A DNA stretch of 64,000 nt. Origin: Octopus sinensis. Its lineage: Eukaryota. Shown here piece by piece: positions 62,060 through 64,000 of this stretch. The notes below the pieces were generated by a model. The model saw only the letters and a list, made by a program, of their open reading frames with translations, did no database searches and was not told where the DNA came from. Numbering within the stretch: the first letter of the stretch is position 1; the number at the start of each line of letters is the position of its first letter. Location: assembly GCF_006345805.1 (NCBI RefSeq), contig NC_043014.1, positions 39,928,001 to 39,992,000 of the forward strand, in the 5' to 3' direction. The position numbers and the translations under genes were made by a program.

Positions 62060-62209
62060 CTGGATGCTCACGTATACACCATGGTAAGTTTCATATAATG
62101 TTCTATGCATTTTAGGCTTCAAAGGAACTTCAAACGGTAGCTTTGTTTTTCCTGGTGGAATCTTACCTGGTTTAGCTACATCTATCAAATATTGCAGAAG
62201 ACATATCGG
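62060..62209 (-). CDS. VPS26C: VPS26C/DSCR3 internal coding exon (first one in window)
   Basis: ttttatag|CCG...CAG|gtaagt, 150 nt, PICLLQYLIDVAKPGKIPPGKTKLPFEVPLKPKMHRTLYETYHGVYVSIQ; matches remembered vertebrate VPS26C segment KPGKFPSGKTEIPFEFPL...LYETYHGVFVNIQ. Confidence 0.95.
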
Positions 62210-63199
62210 CTATAAAATATAGGAAAAAAGAAAGAGATAGATTAGAGATGTCAGGAAAATTAAACAACATTGTTTAAGATGAATTATAATACAGGTGCAA
62301 GTATGGCTGTGTGGTAAGAAGTTTGCTTCCCGATCATGTGGTTCTGGGTTCAGTCCCACTGCACAGCATCTTGGGTAAGTGTCTTCTACTATAGCCTCAG
62401 GGTGACCAAAGCCTTGTGAGTGGATTTGGTAGACAGAAAGAAAAAGAAGCCTGTCATATATATGACAACCGGGGTTGGTGTGTTTACATCCCCATAACTT
62501 AGCAGTTTGGCAAAATGGACCAGTAGAATAAATACCAGGCTTAATAAATAAACACTAGGACTGATTTGGCTAAAAGCTGAGGGTTGGTGCCCCAGCATGG
62601 CCAGTCTAATGACTGAAACAGATAAAAGACAAAAAAAGAATACATGTGATCTATAAATAATTATACACAACAGATTTAGCAGTAAAATAATTAATTCAGT
62701 TAAAAATATTTCATTATTTTAATGAATTTCAATAATTTCTGCTTTTAATAATATACCTTCTGAATTGTTAAAGAAATCTATTCTTTTATCTTTTACTTGT
62801 TTCAGTCATTGGACTGCAGTCATACTGAGGCACTGCCTTGAAAGGTTTACTTAAATCAACCCCCCGAACTTTTTTAAAGTATGGTACTCATTCGACCAAT
62901 CTCTTATGCTAAGTTATGGGGATGCAAACATAACCAACATTGGTTGACAAGAAGCAAGGGGCATTAAAACAAACACACATACATCATCATTATCATCATC
63001 ATCATTAAGGCAGCAAGTTGGCAGAATCGTTTGAACGCAGGGCAAAATGCTTAGCTGCATTTCGTCTGTCTTTATGTTCTGAGTTCAAATTCCACCTGAG
63101 GTCGATTTTTGCCTTTCATCCTTTCAGGGTCGATAAATTAAGTTCCAGTGAAATACTGGGATTGATGTAATTGAATAGTCCCCTTCCCCAAAATTTCAG

Positions 63200-63640
63200 A
63201 TTGGTGAATGCAATTGTCTTCCCAAAAGCAACATATGGATGCGAAACCTGGACACTAAAGAAAGCTGACCAGAAGAGAATTAATGCATTCGAGCTTTGGT
63301 GTTGGAGAAGACTTTTACGGATTCCATGGACAGCGAGGCTCACCAATGGAGAAGTTCTTAAGCAGATCAGGCCGAAAATGTTGCTAGAAGCTAGGATCAC
63401 CAAGCGTAGATTGGCATATTTCGGTCATATTATGCGGAGAAAATCCCTGGAGAAGGACATCATGCTCGGAATGGTCAGTGGCAAGAGAGGAAGAGGCTGA
63501 CCAAGAACCCGCTGGCTTGACACCATCAAGAGTGATGCCAAAATGGACAATCTGAAAGAAGCGGCCCAGGATAGAACTGACTGGATGACACTGATCCAAT
63601 GAGTAACCGAGAGTCGACTTCGACTGAGCGGATAGATAGA
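63200..63640 (+). mobile_element. RTE (BovB-like) LINE 3' fragment in a VPS26C intron
   Basis: ATYGCETWTLKKADQKRINAFELWCWRRLLRIPW..YFGHIMRRKSLEKDIMLG..GKRGRG*PRTRW. Confidence 0.88.
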
Positions 63641-64000
63641 TAGTGCCTTTAGTAGAAAGGATTATTTTCATCAACATTTAATGTCCATTTTCCATGCTGG
63701 GATGGGTTGGATGGCTTGACAGGAAGTGGCAAGGGTCAGGGGCCACACCAAGTTCCATAGTCTGTTCTGGCTTGACTTCAATGGCTGGATGCCCTTCCTA
63801 AAACCATCCACTTTACAGAGTGTGCTGGGTGCTTTTTACCTGGCACCAGCACCCACACCAATGCTTTTTATGTAGTACCTTAGTTTTAGGATCTCAATTC
63901 TGTTGTAGTGGACAGGTCTTCTCAAGTACAGCAATGTGCCTCATATCTCGATCCTCTATAAATCTCTTTCATAAGGTTCAGCATTTGAAATCAGCCTTCA

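Overview
AT-rich, microsatellite- and transposon-dense animal DNA. The SINE families look like those of Octopus/coleoid cephalopods (recognised from memory, not database-checked). The one host gene I can identify is VPS26C/DSCR3 on the minus strand: 7 coding exons from 62209 to 50847, all GT-AG and in frame, giving 231 codons plus a stop; its first exons lie beyond the window. Mobile DNA includes a near full-length Tx1/L1-clade LINE (14549-20073) with an 18-bp TSD, a 5'-truncated Naiad-like Penelope element with inverted ends (10569-12262), a modular family of non-autonomous Helitrons, Tc1/mariner, piggyBac, hAT and Mutator/Merlin-like MITEs, RTE and CR1/L2 3' fragments, and many tRNA-derived SINEs. 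The main unexplained signal is a set of hand-folded minimal type I hammerhead ribozyme (HHR) motifs in unrelated small elements. These include a 477-bp near-perfect fold-back with an HHR on each arm, and a retrozyme-like unit (direct repeats plus HHR) into which the Tx1 LINE inserted 4 nt upstream of the ribozyme. All folds and alignments were done by eye; coordinates may be off by a few bases.
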